This document shows, one piece after another, positions 1-9,398 of a DNA stretch of 58,995 bases. Positions within the stretch are counted from its first letter, which is position 1; each line of letters begins with the position of its first letter. The stretch spans positions 4,958-63,952 of the forward strand of contig CAVIJI010000010.1 of NCBI GenBank assembly GCA_963642885.1. Reading direction: 5' to 3'. Position numbers and translations under genes: made by a program. Source of the DNA: a bacterium (GTDB lineage Bacteria; Bacillota; Clostridia; Oscillospirales; CAG-272). The notes under the pieces were generated by a model. It was not told the origin of the DNA. It saw only the letters and a program-made list of their open reading frames with translations, and did not search any database.

Positions 1-18
1 GTATAATTATTCGGATAC

Positions 19-47
19 TTGATTATGGCGGAAAAATGATGTATAAT
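19..47 (+). promoter_or_regulatory. sigma-A-type promoter upstream of ilvE
   Basis: TTGATT (19-24), 17-nt spacer, TATAAT (42-47) preceded by TG. GGAGG RBS at 70-74. Confidence 0.5.
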
Positions 48-81
48 AGAGAATAATAATACAAAACGGAGGAAAAAATAT

Positions 82-1152
82 ATGTTGAATATAAGAATAG
101 AAAAAATCGATACACCGAAACAAAAACCCGACTACAGCAAGCTCGGCTTCGGTAGATATTTCACGGATCACATGTTCCTTATGGATTATACCGAGGGTGA
201 AGGCTGGCATGACGCGAGAATCGTTCCTTACGGACCGATACCCTTCGAACCGTCATCGATGGTGTTCCACTACGCTCAGGAGCTTTTCGAAGGACTTAAA
301 GCATACAGAACATCCGACGGAAGTGTGCAGTTGTTCAGACCTCAGTGTAATATCGAGAGAATGAACAACACCTGTGACAGACTTTGCGTTCCGAGAATAG
401 ACCCGGATGACGCACTGCAGGCTATTGAAGCTGTCGTTGAAGCGGATAAAGATTGGGTACCTTATGAATACGGTACATCGCTTTACATCCGTCCGTTTAT
501 AATCGCAACGGATTGCCACCTCGGAGTACATCCGTCGAGCAGTTATCTGTTCTGCATAATTCTTTCTCCAGTAGGCTCATATTATGCGGCGGGCATTAAT
601 CCTGTTAAGATTTTGGTTGAAAGAGAATATGTACGCTGCGTTAAGGGCGGTACGGGTATCGCGAAGGCCGGCGGAAACTATGCCGCTTCTCTTATCGGTC
701 AGAAGAAAGCAGACGAGTTGGGATACGCCCAGGTATTATGGCTTGACGGTGTTCACAGAAAATATGTCGATGAAGTCGGAGCTATGAATATTTTCTTCGT
801 TATCGACGGTGTTGTCGTAACTCCCGATCTTACAGACGGAAATATACTCCCCGGCGTAACAAGAAGATCATGCATCGAGCTTTTGAAGAAATGGGGTATT
901 CCCGTTGAAGAACGCAAGGTATCGATAGATGAGGTTTTAACCGCTCACGACAACGGACATCTTGACGAGGTGTTCGGTACGGGAACAGCCGCGGTTATCT
1001 CTCCTGTAGGCGAGCTGTATGATAACGGAAAGAGCTACGTTATAAACAACAACGAAATAGGTAAAATCGCAAAGAAGCTTTATGACGAGCTTACCGGTAT
1101 TCAGTGGGGTAAGGTTGACGATTATATGAATTGGACTGTAAAAATAAAGTAA
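82..1152 (+). CDS. ilvE: branched-chain amino acid aminotransferase
   Basis: 356 aa. N-terminus FGRYFTDHMF and the YAQELFEGLKAYR and GGTGIAKAGGNYAASL blocks are typical of class IV PLP BCAT. Good RBS. Confidence 0.9.
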   Translation: MLNIRIEKIDTPKQKPDYSKLGFGRYFTDHMFLMDYTEGEGWHDARIVPYGPIPFEPSSMVFHYAQELFEGLKAYRTSDGSVQLFRPQCNIERMNNTCDRLCVPRIDPDDALQAIEAVVEADKDWVPYEYGTSLYIRPFIIATDCHLGVHPSSSYLFCIILSPVGSYYAAGINPVKILVEREYVRCVKGGTGIAKAGGNYAASLIGQKKADELGYAQVLWLDGVHRKYVDEVGAMNIFFVIDGVVVTPDLTDGNILPGVTRRSCIELLKKWGIPVEERKVSIDEVLTAHDNGHLDEVFGTGTAAVISPVGELYDNGKSYVINNNEIGKIAKKLYDELTGIQWGKVDDYMNWTVKIK

Positions 1153-1205
1153 TGCGTCTCGGACGTATCACCTTATTTTGAAGAAAATTCTAAAGAGGTC
1201 GGCAA

Positions 1206-1796
1206 ATGAAAATTTACGATATATCACAGGAACTTTTTTCGTCCCATGTCTACCCCGGAGACAAAGCTCCGAAACGGATTCTGATTTCGGACATGAATAA
1301 CGGCGCTTCGTGCAACGTAAGCGAGCTTGAAATGAATGCACATAACGGAACTCATATGGACGCACCGAGACATTTCGTCAAGGACGGTATAACCATAGAT
1401 GAGCTGCCGCTTGAAAAGCTTATCGGCTCCTGTGCCGTTGTGTATGCCGATGGGGAAGTATCTGCTGATTTCATTCGCAAAGCAACAAAAAAGTACGGCA
1501 CCGAAAGACTGCTTCTGAAGGGCGAGTGCCACATGAATAAGGAAGCCGCGGATATACTTTCCGAATGCGGAATAGTGCTTGTCGGAGTCGAAAGTCAGAG
1601 TATTGCCACATTTGATGATCCCGTTACCGTTCATGTGTCGGTACTGAGTCAGGGAATAGTCGCTCTCGAAGGCCTTGTTCTCGGAAATGTGCCCGAAGGA
1701 AAATATTTCCTTTTCGCGGCACCCATAAAGCTCGGCGGCAGCGACGGTTCACCCTGCCGTGCTGTTCTCATTGATAAAATTGATACAGATAATTGA
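1206..1796 (+). CDS. cyclase family protein (kynurenine formamidase-like metal hydrolase)
   Basis: 196 aa with the HxGTHxDxPxH motif (HNGTHMDAPRH). Confidence 0.8.
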   Translation: MKIYDISQELFSSHVYPGDKAPKRILISDMNNGASCNVSELEMNAHNGTHMDAPRHFVKDGITIDELPLEKLIGSCAVVYADGEVSADFIRKATKKYGTERLLLKGECHMNKEAADILSECGIVLVGVESQSIATFDDPVTVHVSVLSQGIVALEGLVLGNVPEGKYFLFAAPIKLGGSDGSPCRAVLIDKIDTDN

Positions 1797-1878
1797 AATA
1801 TATCGCTTTGATTCCGACAGTGTTTGATATATAATCATTCGGCAAGTGCTACATTGTTATACATACGGAAGGACTGTA

Positions 1879-2286
1879 ATGAAGAATTTCAAACAAAAGC
1901 TGATTTATTTCATGTACGGCAGGTATGGAATAGACGAAATGTACTACGGGTTATTCGTATTATGGATTTTACTCGTGGTTGCCAATATGTTTATTCACTC
2001 ATATATTATCTATCTTATCGAAACAGCGGTTATAATTTACTCCCTGTGGAGAGTTATGTCGAAAAAGAGAGATAAGCGCCGTCGTGAAAACGAAGTTTTC
2101 CTGAAGCTGTGGAATCCCGTTAAAAGCTGGTTTATACTGCAGAAGGACCGTATTCGTGATATTAAGAGCAGCAGATATCGCAAATGCCCGAAATGCCATG
2201 CGATTTTAAAGCTGCCGAACAAACGCGGTAAACATACAACACGCTGTCCTAAGTGCGGAGAGCGGTTTGACGTAAGAATTTTGTAA
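1879..2286 (+). CDS. small membrane protein with C-terminal zinc ribbon
   Basis: Start moved to the ATG at 1879 (MKNFKQ...), which follows a GGAAGGA RBS. Two hydrophobic helices, then CPKC-x17-CPKC. Confidence 0.6.
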   Translation: MKNFKQKLIYFMYGRYGIDEMYYGLFVLWILLVVANMFIHSYIIYLIETAVIIYSLWRVMSKKRDKRRRENEVFLKLWNPVKSWFILQKDRIRDIKSSRYRKCPKCHAILKLPNKRGKHTTRCPKCGERFDVRIL

Positions 2287-2294
2287 ATTAAAAA

Positions 2295-2338
2295 CTGCCG
2301 ATCGGAATCAAACCGAGATTTCATCGGTAGTTTTTTTT
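2295..2338 (+). terminator. rho-independent terminator
   Basis: Stem CTGCCGAT/ATCGGTAG (one G-U pair) followed by T8. Confidence 0.7.
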
Positions 2339-2471
2339 GTGTTTTTGTGGTATACTGTTTATGAAACGTATCGAATAAATTTCTGCCCGAGCACGCAGAG
2401 GAACAATACATTTTTCGACTCTGAAAACAGAAATGGTACATTTACAGCAGATGTAAAATTAAGGAGTATTT

Positions 2472-3260
2472 ATGGGAAAATTCGACGGATATCTTTTACT
2501 TACCGATATTGACGGAACACTTACAGATTCAAGTGGAAAATTATCGCGTGAAAATGCAGAGGCGATAAAATATTATCAGGCGGAAGGCGGGCTGTTTACC
2601 GTGGCAACGGGACGTTTTCCCGATTTTATCGTTAACTTTTCGGAAGATGTAGCTCCGAACACGTATATCATCGGAATAAACGGTACGGTTATATACGACC
2701 GCAATGAACATAAAGATCTTGTGACACGTACGATGGACAAAGATTTTTACAATATAGTATATGACGTAATCGATAATCGTCCTGATGTCGATACAATACA
2801 TTTGGCTCATCGTTATGATAATATAACATTTTCGCGTGACAGATTTTCGGAGATAGGCAAGGTACTTGAAGAAAACAGCCATACATGGTATCGCGGATTG
2901 TTTTGCCAGCGAGCATCGGCTACCCCCGTTGTCCGCGATTGGCTCGTGGAAAGATACGGAGACAGATATAATATCAATTGCAGCTGGGCTAACGGCATAG
3001 AAGTACATACAAAAAACAGCGGAAAAGGTCAGATGCTGGAGGAACTGGCACGTTTGGTGTTTCCGAACGGGGAAAAGAAGCTGACTGTCGCCGTAGGTGA
3101 CTATGAAAACGATATGTCGATGATTGTTTCCGCAGACATAGGATATGCCGTGGCGAATGCCATAGAATCGGTAAAGAAAGCCGCCGACAGAATTACGGTT
3201 TCCAATAATGACAGCGCAATAGCGGCGGTGATAAACGATCTTGAAAAGGAAATGAAATAG
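2472..3260 (+). CDS. Cof-type HAD-IIB family hydrolase (sugar-phosphate phosphatase-like)
   Basis: 262 aa. DIDGTL motif I at the N-terminus, GDYENDMSM motif IV near the C-terminus. Confidence 0.85.
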   Translation: MGKFDGYLLLTDIDGTLTDSSGKLSRENAEAIKYYQAEGGLFTVATGRFPDFIVNFSEDVAPNTYIIGINGTVIYDRNEHKDLVTRTMDKDFYNIVYDVIDNRPDVDTIHLAHRYDNITFSRDRFSEIGKVLEENSHTWYRGLFCQRASATPVVRDWLVERYGDRYNINCSWANGIEVHTKNSGKGQMLEELARLVFPNGEKKLTVAVGDYENDMSMIVSADIGYAVANAIESVKKAADRITVSNNDSAIAAVINDLEKEMK

Positions 3261-3302
3261 TTGTCGGTATATTAAAAACAGATTAGAAAACACACATCAT
3301 TG

Positions 3303-3331
3303 TTGACAGAATCCCGAATGCACTGTATAAT
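3303..3331 (+). promoter_or_regulatory. consensus promoter of the GntR-ABC operon
   Basis: TTGACA (3303-3308), 17-nt spacer, TATAAT (3326-3331). Confidence 0.65.
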
Positions 3332-3341
3332 AACTGTGTTG

Positions 3342-3367
3342 GTACACATAGTACAGATAGTACACAT
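3342..3367 (+). promoter_or_regulatory. candidate operator (direct ATAGTACA repeats) just downstream of the -10 box
   Basis: GTACACATAGTACAGATAGTACACAT contains ATAGTACA twice, 10 nt apart (3348-3355 and 3358-3365). It sits where an autorepressor would bind. Confidence 0.35.
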
Positions 3368-3412
3368 TAAGCTGTGTGACAAATCGAAAACAGTTGATTG
3401 GAGGTGCTGTAA

Positions 3413-3790
3413 TTGGGAATCATCAGTGTGGATATGCGGCTGCGCAAACCATTGGGGGACCAGCTTACGGATAATATAAAAGAGCTGATATTATCCGGAG
3501 AATTGAAACCGGATGACAGGCTCCCGTCGGTACGCGGTCTTGCCGCCGAGCTCGGAATAAATCCGAATACGATACAAAAGGCTTATGCCGAGCTTGAGCG
3601 ATGCGGAATTATCATGACCTTACCCAACCGCGGAAGTATTGTTCTTGCGGATAAAAGCAGTCTTCGCGAAGAAAAAAAAGAACAGCTTACCGAAAGTATG
3701 GCTCATCTTGCGAAAGAGGCTAAATCTGCAGGCATCGATGAGGAAGATTTTTTGAACGCTGCGAGAAAGGCTTGGTGCTGCGATGATTAA
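3413..3790 (+). CDS. GntR family transcriptional regulator, short YtrA-like type
   Basis: 125 aa. TTG start 6 nt after GGAGGTG. Winged-helix block LPSVRGLAAELGINPNTIQKAYAELE. Too short to carry an effector domain. Confidence 0.85.
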   Translation: MGIISVDMRLRKPLGDQLTDNIKELILSGELKPDDRLPSVRGLAAELGINPNTIQKAYAELERCGIIMTLPNRGSIVLADKSSLREEKKEQLTESMAHLAKEAKSAGIDEEDFLNAARKAWCCDD

Positions 3791-4694
3791 GGTGGATTCT
3801 GTAAGTAAAAATTTCGATGATGTAAAAAGCTTACGCGATATCAATCTCACTGTCGATGACGGTTCGGTATTCGGTCTTATCGGTTCGAACGGCTCGGGCA
3901 AATCGACATTACTGCGTATAATAAGCGGTATATATAAATCCTCTGCGGGGAGGGTATATGTTGACGGAGATGCCGTGTACGAAAACTCCGATGTTAAAAA
4001 GAGAATTGCTTATCTGTCGGATGATCAATATTTTATTCCCAACGGAACGATATACGACATGATGAAATTGTATAAGAGTATATACCCGACATTCTCCGAT
4101 GAAAAATATAAAAAATATTTGGTATTGTTCGAGCTTGACGAAAACAGAAAGCTTACGACATTCTCTAAGGGTATGCAAAAGCAGGCTGCGTTTTTGTTGG
4201 GTCTGGCATGTGATACGGATTATCTTCTGTGTGACGAAACCCTTGACGGACTTGACCCGATGATGCGCGTGGCGGTACGTAAAATAGTCGCGTCGGAGGT
4301 AGCGGAACGCGGTATGACGGTTATTTTCGCATCGCATAATCTGAATGAAATCGAGGGAATATGCGATCACGTCGGACTCCTTCATAAAGGAGAGCTTTTA
4401 TTCGAAGCAGGACTCGATGAAATAAAAACAGGCATACATAAGGTTCAGTTATCGTTTGCACGTGAATGCGTTCCCGAAGGAAAAAGACAGCTTGAGGCAC
4501 TTGATACGGTCTCGTTCGAGCAGAGGGGAAGCCTGTTCACCGTAATCATACGAGGAGACGAGAGATATATTGACGATTATATGCACTCGTTGAATCCCAT
4601 CTTCGTCGAATTTATTCCTTTGACACTCGAAGAAATATTTATAGCGGAAATGGAGGAGAGGGGGTATGAGTTTAATGAAAAAATCAACCCGTAG
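3783..4694 (+). CDS. ABC transporter ATP-binding protein
   Basis: Walker A GSNGSGKST, signature-like FSKGMQKQ, Walker B LLCDETLDGLD. Overlaps the GntR stop by 8 nt. Confidence 0.9.
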   Translation: MIKVDSVSKNFDDVKSLRDINLTVDDGSVFGLIGSNGSGKSTLLRIISGIYKSSAGRVYVDGDAVYENSDVKKRIAYLSDDQYFIPNGTIYDMMKLYKSIYPTFSDEKYKKYLVLFELDENRKLTTFSKGMQKQAAFLLGLACDTDYLLCDETLDGLDPMMRVAVRKIVASEVAERGMTVIFASHNLNEIEGICDHVGLLHKGELLFEAGLDEIKTGIHKVQLSFARECVPEGKRQLEALDTVSFEQRGSLFTVIIRGDERYIDDYMHSLNPIFVEFIPLTLEEIFIAEMEERGYEFNEKINP

Positions 4695-6867
4695 TGCATA
4701 CAATGCCGCTCCGTACTTCAGATACTATGTAAAGCATAACCTGTATCAGCTTGCTTTGTTCATTGTCGTGATAATACTTGCGGTGATACTGCCGTGCTGT
4801 ATGGAATACGGCAGAATTTCGGATAACCGATATAATCAGGTGCTCGATTTGACGGAATACGGTAAAATCGGATTTTTGCTCAGCGGATGTATGGGTCTGT
4901 TCGGCGGAATGACCGCATTGTCATATGTAAACAGCAAGCAGAATATCACGTGTATGCATAGCTTTCCCCTGAAAAGAACATCGCTGTTTTTCTGCGAAAT
5001 CCCCGCGGGCCCGATTTACTACTTGATATCGATAACAATTGCTTTTTCCGCGATACTGATGATGTCCGGATTTGAAAAGTGCGAATTGAATAAGGGCGTT
5101 TTCGCGGCAATGTACCTTGCGTCGATTGCGTTGTTTGTTCTCATACACTCCGCCGTACTGCTTTCGGCGGGACTCAGCGGAACAGGGGTAAGCAGATTCT
5201 TTACCGCAATGCTGCTTCTTTTCATGCCGTTCGTGTTGTATGCGCTTGTGATTTACACCTGTGCGGTAGGAAATAATTCTATCGATATAAGCTATTATCT
5301 GAGCGAGAAGGTGTGCTCGTTTTTGTGCCCGGTCTACAGACTGTTGAATGCGGTTTTCAATTATGATTCGGGAAAGACCATTGCCGCGGAGGTTGTTAAA
5401 ACGGTTCCTTGTACGGTACTCGCTTACGCGGGGGCGGCATTGCTGCATAAATACAGACGTACGGAGGACACATCGAAATCGATAATATGGAAGCCCGTCT
5501 TTTGGGTAGTAAAATATTCGGTGATGTTTTGCGGCTCCATGCTCGGAATAATTCTTTTCGGAAGCGGACTTATATTCTTGTCATCGGGTGTAACCGATAA
5601 AATTATCGGCGCCATGATAGGTTTAATCGCATCGTTCATTTTCGTAAACTGCATTCTGTACCGTTCGGTTCGCGCTTTATTTAAGGATTGGAAGCCTTCA
5701 CTGATTTTTGCGGCGGCTGTACTGCTCTATACATTAGCGGTGCCGAGCAATATATTCGGAGTTGTCGGCAGATTATATTCCGATGGCAATACAAGAACGT
5801 TCGATATAATCTCCGATAAAATTAAGGTTTCCGTTACCGACGAAGAATACGATGAAATATCGAAATATATGAATTCGGGTAATTCATCAAACACTTATTC
5901 GGATGAAATATATATATCCGATATATGGTCCGAAAACGACGCGGATTACATACGTGATAATTTTTCGGAGTATGCAGATAATACGATTTCCGACGATATT
6001 AATGATGGTACAAGTGTGAGTACGGTAGTTTCGAGAAGCACGGTCACATATGTCGGAATCAAACTTGTACAGTATCCCGTGTTCGGCCTTCCGAAGGCTT
6101 ATGAGATTTCGATTCCGACAAGCAGTGAACTGTGGCGTAAAATAGTTTCGTCGGAGGAATATTCTTCCGAGATGGATATTTCCGATTACGGAGAAGACGG
6201 TCATTACGAAACAATACAGCTGGTTATCGGAAACAAGACGGTTACTTTTTCGGCGGACGGCGAATGTAATACGATAAACAGCGACTATACTTACGAAATA
6301 TGCCGCAGCCTCGATGACAATGAAAAAAACGAGAGAGATGAGTTGATAAAGAGATTGACCGATTCGGCTGTATTCGACGCTGATATGCTTGCCGTAAACA
6401 GCATATTGGGATATGCGGAAATTAACACCGGCTATACCGCAGACTACACTATGAAGCATATTCTGTTTCCCATAAGTGCGGGCAATATCGATATGATTAA
6501 CGCCGCTCTTGATTTGCTTGCGTTTGCGGAGAAGAAAGACAGAAGTTCGGAGTTCTCATCTGTCGAAGAATATTTCGATTATGCGGCATCGGAGTATACA
6601 TATGCGGTCATGATTAATCTTAAAACAGGCGAAGCGAAACGCATAAGCACCGATACATTAAGCAAGTGTGCGAAATATACATCGGCATTAGGCGGTTTCG
6701 AATGGGATTATTATAAATATACGAGTATAGACGAGTCCGGATATGTGCTGCTTGTCAAGGACAGCAACGGCTGTTCGACAGAGCTGTATTTCAGAGACGA
6801 CGCACAGGCTGCGGGCAACACCGCGGAGCTGTTCGAAACTGCGGAGCTGTTCAACACTGCGGATTGA
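4666..6867 (+). CDS. multi-pass membrane protein (putative ABC-2-like permease) with a roughly 360-aa C-terminal soluble domain
   Basis: 733 aa. About 10 hydrophobic segments in the first 370 aa, then a Ser/Asp/Tyr-rich globular region. GGAGGAGAGGGGG RBS. Overlaps the ATPase gene by 29 nt. Confidence 0.6.
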   Translation: MSLMKKSTRSAYNAAPYFRYYVKHNLYQLALFIVVIILAVILPCCMEYGRISDNRYNQVLDLTEYGKIGFLLSGCMGLFGGMTALSYVNSKQNITCMHSFPLKRTSLFFCEIPAGPIYYLISITIAFSAILMMSGFEKCELNKGVFAAMYLASIALFVLIHSAVLLSAGLSGTGVSRFFTAMLLLFMPFVLYALVIYTCAVGNNSIDISYYLSEKVCSFLCPVYRLLNAVFNYDSGKTIAAEVVKTVPCTVLAYAGAALLHKYRRTEDTSKSIIWKPVFWVVKYSVMFCGSMLGIILFGSGLIFLSSGVTDKIIGAMIGLIASFIFVNCILYRSVRALFKDWKPSLIFAAAVLLYTLAVPSNIFGVVGRLYSDGNTRTFDIISDKIKVSVTDEEYDEISKYMNSGNSSNTYSDEIYISDIWSENDADYIRDNFSEYADNTISDDINDGTSVSTVVSRSTVTYVGIKLVQYPVFGLPKAYEISIPTSSELWRKIVSSEEYSSEMDISDYGEDGHYETIQLVIGNKTVTFSADGECNTINSDYTYEICRSLDDNEKNERDELIKRLTDSAVFDADMLAVNSILGYAEINTGYTADYTMKHILFPISAGNIDMINAALDLLAFAEKKDRSSEFSSVEEYFDYAASEYTYAVMINLKTGEAKRISTDTLSKCAKYTSALGGFEWDYYKYTSIDESGYVLLVKDSNGCSTELYFRDDAQAAGNTAELFETAELFNTAD

Positions 6868-6919
6868 ACAAGCCGATAAAAACGTGTTTAACCGTTCGGC
6901 ATAATATTAATACGATGTA

Positions 6920-6953
6920 CGGCGGCTTTCGGGTTGATAATTCGAAGCCGTCG
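6920..6953 (+). terminator. hairpin downstream of the ABC operon (possible terminator)
   Basis: Stem CGGCGGCTTTCG / CGAAGCCGTCG, about 11 bp with one bulge and one G-U pair. The following T tract is weak. Confidence 0.35.
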
Positions 6954-7029
6954 GCGCATTGTATGATTTTCGTGTTTCAAACATTAAATAATTTGTGCGG
7001 TGATGTTTTGATAAATTACACGTGAGCTA

Positions 7030-7058
7030 TTGACAAAAAGATTCGAATGTAGTATAAT
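7030..7058 (+). promoter_or_regulatory. consensus promoter of the infC-rpmI-rplT operon
   Basis: TTGACA (7030-7035), 17-nt spacer, TATAAT (7053-7058). Confidence 0.7.
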
Positions 7059-7190
7059 TACACCGTAACAATGAAGCAGAACATTCTCCGTTCTCACCTT
7101 ACTGCTATAGGCACGATAAGGTCAATAGTATAAGTCAAGGGTGTTTTTTGTCGTACGGAGAGGGTTCTTTGTGCGATTTTTTGTTTATTA
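7059..7190 (+). promoter_or_regulatory. long 5' leader of infC, candidate L20-responsive leader or attenuator
   Basis: About 145 nt lie between the promoter and the start codon. Hairpin CGTAC-loop-GTGCG is followed by ATTTTTTG at 7151-7182. Position matches the L20 leader known in Firmicutes. The fold was not verified. Confidence 0.4.
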
Positions 7191-7205
7191 TGGAGGTGCT
7201 TAACT

Positions 7206-7730
7206 ATTAGCGCTAAAGAACTTTTAATCAATGATGACATCAGAGCTAAAGAAGTTCGTATGCTTGATGAAAACAACGGACAGCTCGGTATCATGAATTT
7301 GAATGATGCGAAAGCATATGCATATGATCACGGTTATGACCTTGTTATGATAGCTCCGTCCGCTACACCGCCTGTTTGCCGTGCAATGGATTACGGCAAG
7401 TACCGTTATGAAGCCGACAAAAAAGAAAAGGAAACAAGAAAGAAACAGCAGGTTATCGAGGTTAAGGAAGTTCAGCTTTCGTATAAAATCGAACAGCATG
7501 ACTTCGAGACGAAAGTAAACCGTGCGATTAAGTTCCTTCAGGACGGAAACAAAGTAAGAGTCAGCCTCAAGTTCAGAGGCAGAGAGATTGCGCATCAGGA
7601 ACTCGGAAGAGAAAAGCTGGACAGCTTCGAAGCTGCGGTATCGGAATACGGTACGGTTGAAAAGAAGCCCGTTCTCGACGGTAAGCAGTTGTTTATGTTT
7701 ATTGTTCCTCTGAAGAATACAGCTAAGTGA
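7206..7730 (+). CDS. infC: translation initiation factor IF-3, ATT start codon
   Basis: In-frame ATT at 7206, 7 nt after GGAGGTG (7192-7198). The frame is open from 7134. Extending the ORF adds ISAKELLINDDIRAKEVR, which matches the conserved IF-3 N-terminus. Gives 174 aa. Confidence 0.85.
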   Translation: MSAKELLINDDIRAKEVRMLDENNGQLGIMNLNDAKAYAYDHGYDLVMIAPSATPPVCRAMDYGKYRYEADKKEKETRKKQQVIEVKEVQLSYKIEQHDFETKVNRAIKFLQDGNKVRVSLKFRGREIAHQELGREKLDSFEAAVSEYGTVEKKPVLDGKQLFMFIVPLKNTAK

Positions 7731-7838
7731 TATTGCGCTATTAGAGAGACCCGAAGATACATAAACCGCCGAATATTGACTATGACAGAGTTGTTAAACG
7801 ACAAATAAGAATTAACCAAACCGAAAGGATACGCGAAA

Positions 7839-8036
7839 ATGGGAAAGATTAAGACACATAAGGCGTCAGCCAAAAGATTTGCAGTTACCGGTACAGGTAA
7901 AGTAAAGGTGTTCCATTCCGATCACCGTCATAACCTCGGCCAGAAGAGCCAGAAGAGAAAGAGACATCTCAGAAGCAGCCAGATACTCAGCCCCGCTATG
8001 ACAGCTAATGTCAAGAGACTGATTAACAAGGACTGA
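7839..8036 (+). CDS. rpmI: 50S ribosomal protein L35
   Basis: 65 aa. [14 protein letters not shown]-terminus. Position between infC and rplT. Confidence 0.95.
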   Translation: MGKIKTHKASAKRFAVTGTGKVKVFHSDHRHNLGQKSQKRKRHLRSSQILSPAMTANVKRLINKD

Positions 8037-8092
8037 TCCGAACCGACGGAACCGAATCATAAACAAAGCAGTAAAGAAAGGATTTAGATAAA

Positions 8093-8446
8093 ATGGCAAG
8101 AGTAAAAGGCGCTATGATGACGCGCAAAAGAAGAAATAAGGTCTTAAAGGCTGCAAAAGGCTACTGGGGTTCCAAGAGTAAGCACTTCAAGATGGCTAAA
8201 CAGGCCGTAATGAAGAGCGGTAACTATGCATATATCGGACGTAAGCAGAAAAAGAGAGAATTCCGCGGTCTGTGGATCACTCGTATTTCCGCTCAGGCTA
8301 AGGTAAACGGTATGAATTACTCCACACTTATGCACGGTCTCAAGCTTGCAGGTGTAGACCTCAACCGTAAGATGCTTGCCGAAATCGCAGTTTCCGACAA
8401 GGAAGCTTTCGCCGCACTTTGCGAGACAGCTAAGGCTGCCCTTTAA
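8093..8446 (+). CDS. rplT: 50S ribosomal protein L20
   Basis: 117 aa. [26 protein letters not shown] is typical of L20. Confidence 0.95.
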   Translation: MARVKGAMMTRKRRNKVLKAAKGYWGSKSKHFKMAKQAVMKSGNYAYIGRKQKKREFRGLWITRISAQAKVNGMNYSTLMHGLKLAGVDLNRKMLAEIAVSDKEAFAALCETAKAAL

Positions 8447-8462
8447 TAGTCGAATTTTTAAT

Positions 8463-8494
8463 GGGTGCTCACCTACTGTGGACACCCTTTATTT
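8463..8494 (+). terminator. rho-independent terminator after rplT
   Basis: Stem GGGTG(C)TC / GACACCC followed by TTTATTT. Confidence 0.6.
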
Positions 8495-8502
8495 ATATAT
8501 AA

Positions 8503-9348
8503 ATGAAAATCGAAGAATTTGTTGAAAAATATTCTGCCGAATACATCCGCTCACGCTCCAATCCGAAATGTGTGTCGGTTTCGAAGCTGAACGATAAAAA
8601 ATATCGTGATTTAAACGAAACATATCTCGCCGAGGGCGTAAAGCTGTCTGCGGAAGCAATGACGTATGCGGAGTGTGACTGCCTGTTGATTTCGGCAGAT
8701 GCCGCGGCAAACAGTTCGAAAGCCGAGGAATGCGCTGCTTTGGCACAGAGAAAAAATATTCGCGTTATTGTATGTGATGATGCGGTTTTCGAGAAGATAT
8801 CGACCGAAAAAGCACCGCAGGGGATAATTTGCGAGGTTAAATATCAGAAGAAACTGCATTCGACCGATAATTTCGATCTGTGGCAGAAAGATAAAAAAAT
8901 TATGATGTTGTCCGAGGTGCGTGATCCCGGAAATCTGGGAACGATTATGCGTACCGCGGAAGCTCTCGGAATTGACGGTTTAGTGCTTGCGAACTGTGCC
9001 GATATATACGGTACAAAGGCAGTACGTGCGTCTATGGGAACTCTTTTCAGAATGCCGCTGTATATAACCCGTGATGCGGTAGGATGCATTAATAAGATGC
9101 GTGATTCGGGCAGAAGAACATTGGCGGCAGCCCTTGATGAGAACAGTCTGCGACTCGGAAATTACAATACCGCGGAGAGCGATTGCGTTATAATAGGCAA
9201 CGAAGGCCACGGACTCGATAAGAATGTAATCGAGGCGTGTGATTACACGGTAATGATACCTATGAAAGGCAAAACGGAAAGCCTGAATGCGTCTGCTGCC
9301 GCATCCTGCATTATGTGGGAATACAGCCGAAATTCCGTTAAATACTGA
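8503..9348 (+). CDS. TrmH/SpoU family RNA 2'-O-methyltransferase
   Basis: 281 aa. SRSNPK N-terminal motif. SpoU blocks DPGNLGTIMRTAEA, IIGNEGHGL and ESLNASAAAS. Confidence 0.85.
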   Translation: MKIEEFVEKYSAEYIRSRSNPKCVSVSKLNDKKYRDLNETYLAEGVKLSAEAMTYAECDCLLISADAAANSSKAEECAALAQRKNIRVIVCDDAVFEKISTEKAPQGIICEVKYQKKLHSTDNFDLWQKDKKIMMLSEVRDPGNLGTIMRTAEALGIDGLVLANCADIYGTKAVRASMGTLFRMPLYITRDAVGCINKMRDSGRRTLAAALDENSLRLGNYNTAESDCVIIGNEGHGLDKNVIEACDYTVMIPMKGKTESLNASAAASCIMWEYSRNSVKY

Positions 9349-9398
9349 CTGTGCGGTTTATTTTAATGAAGTGAAGTTAAGGAGGTTATACGGAGATT

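Noticed and set aside
7260-7730. ORF-track ATG start for infC
   Set aside because: This start has no RBS and truncates the conserved IF-3 N-terminus. The in-frame ATT at 7206 after GGAGGTG is preferred.
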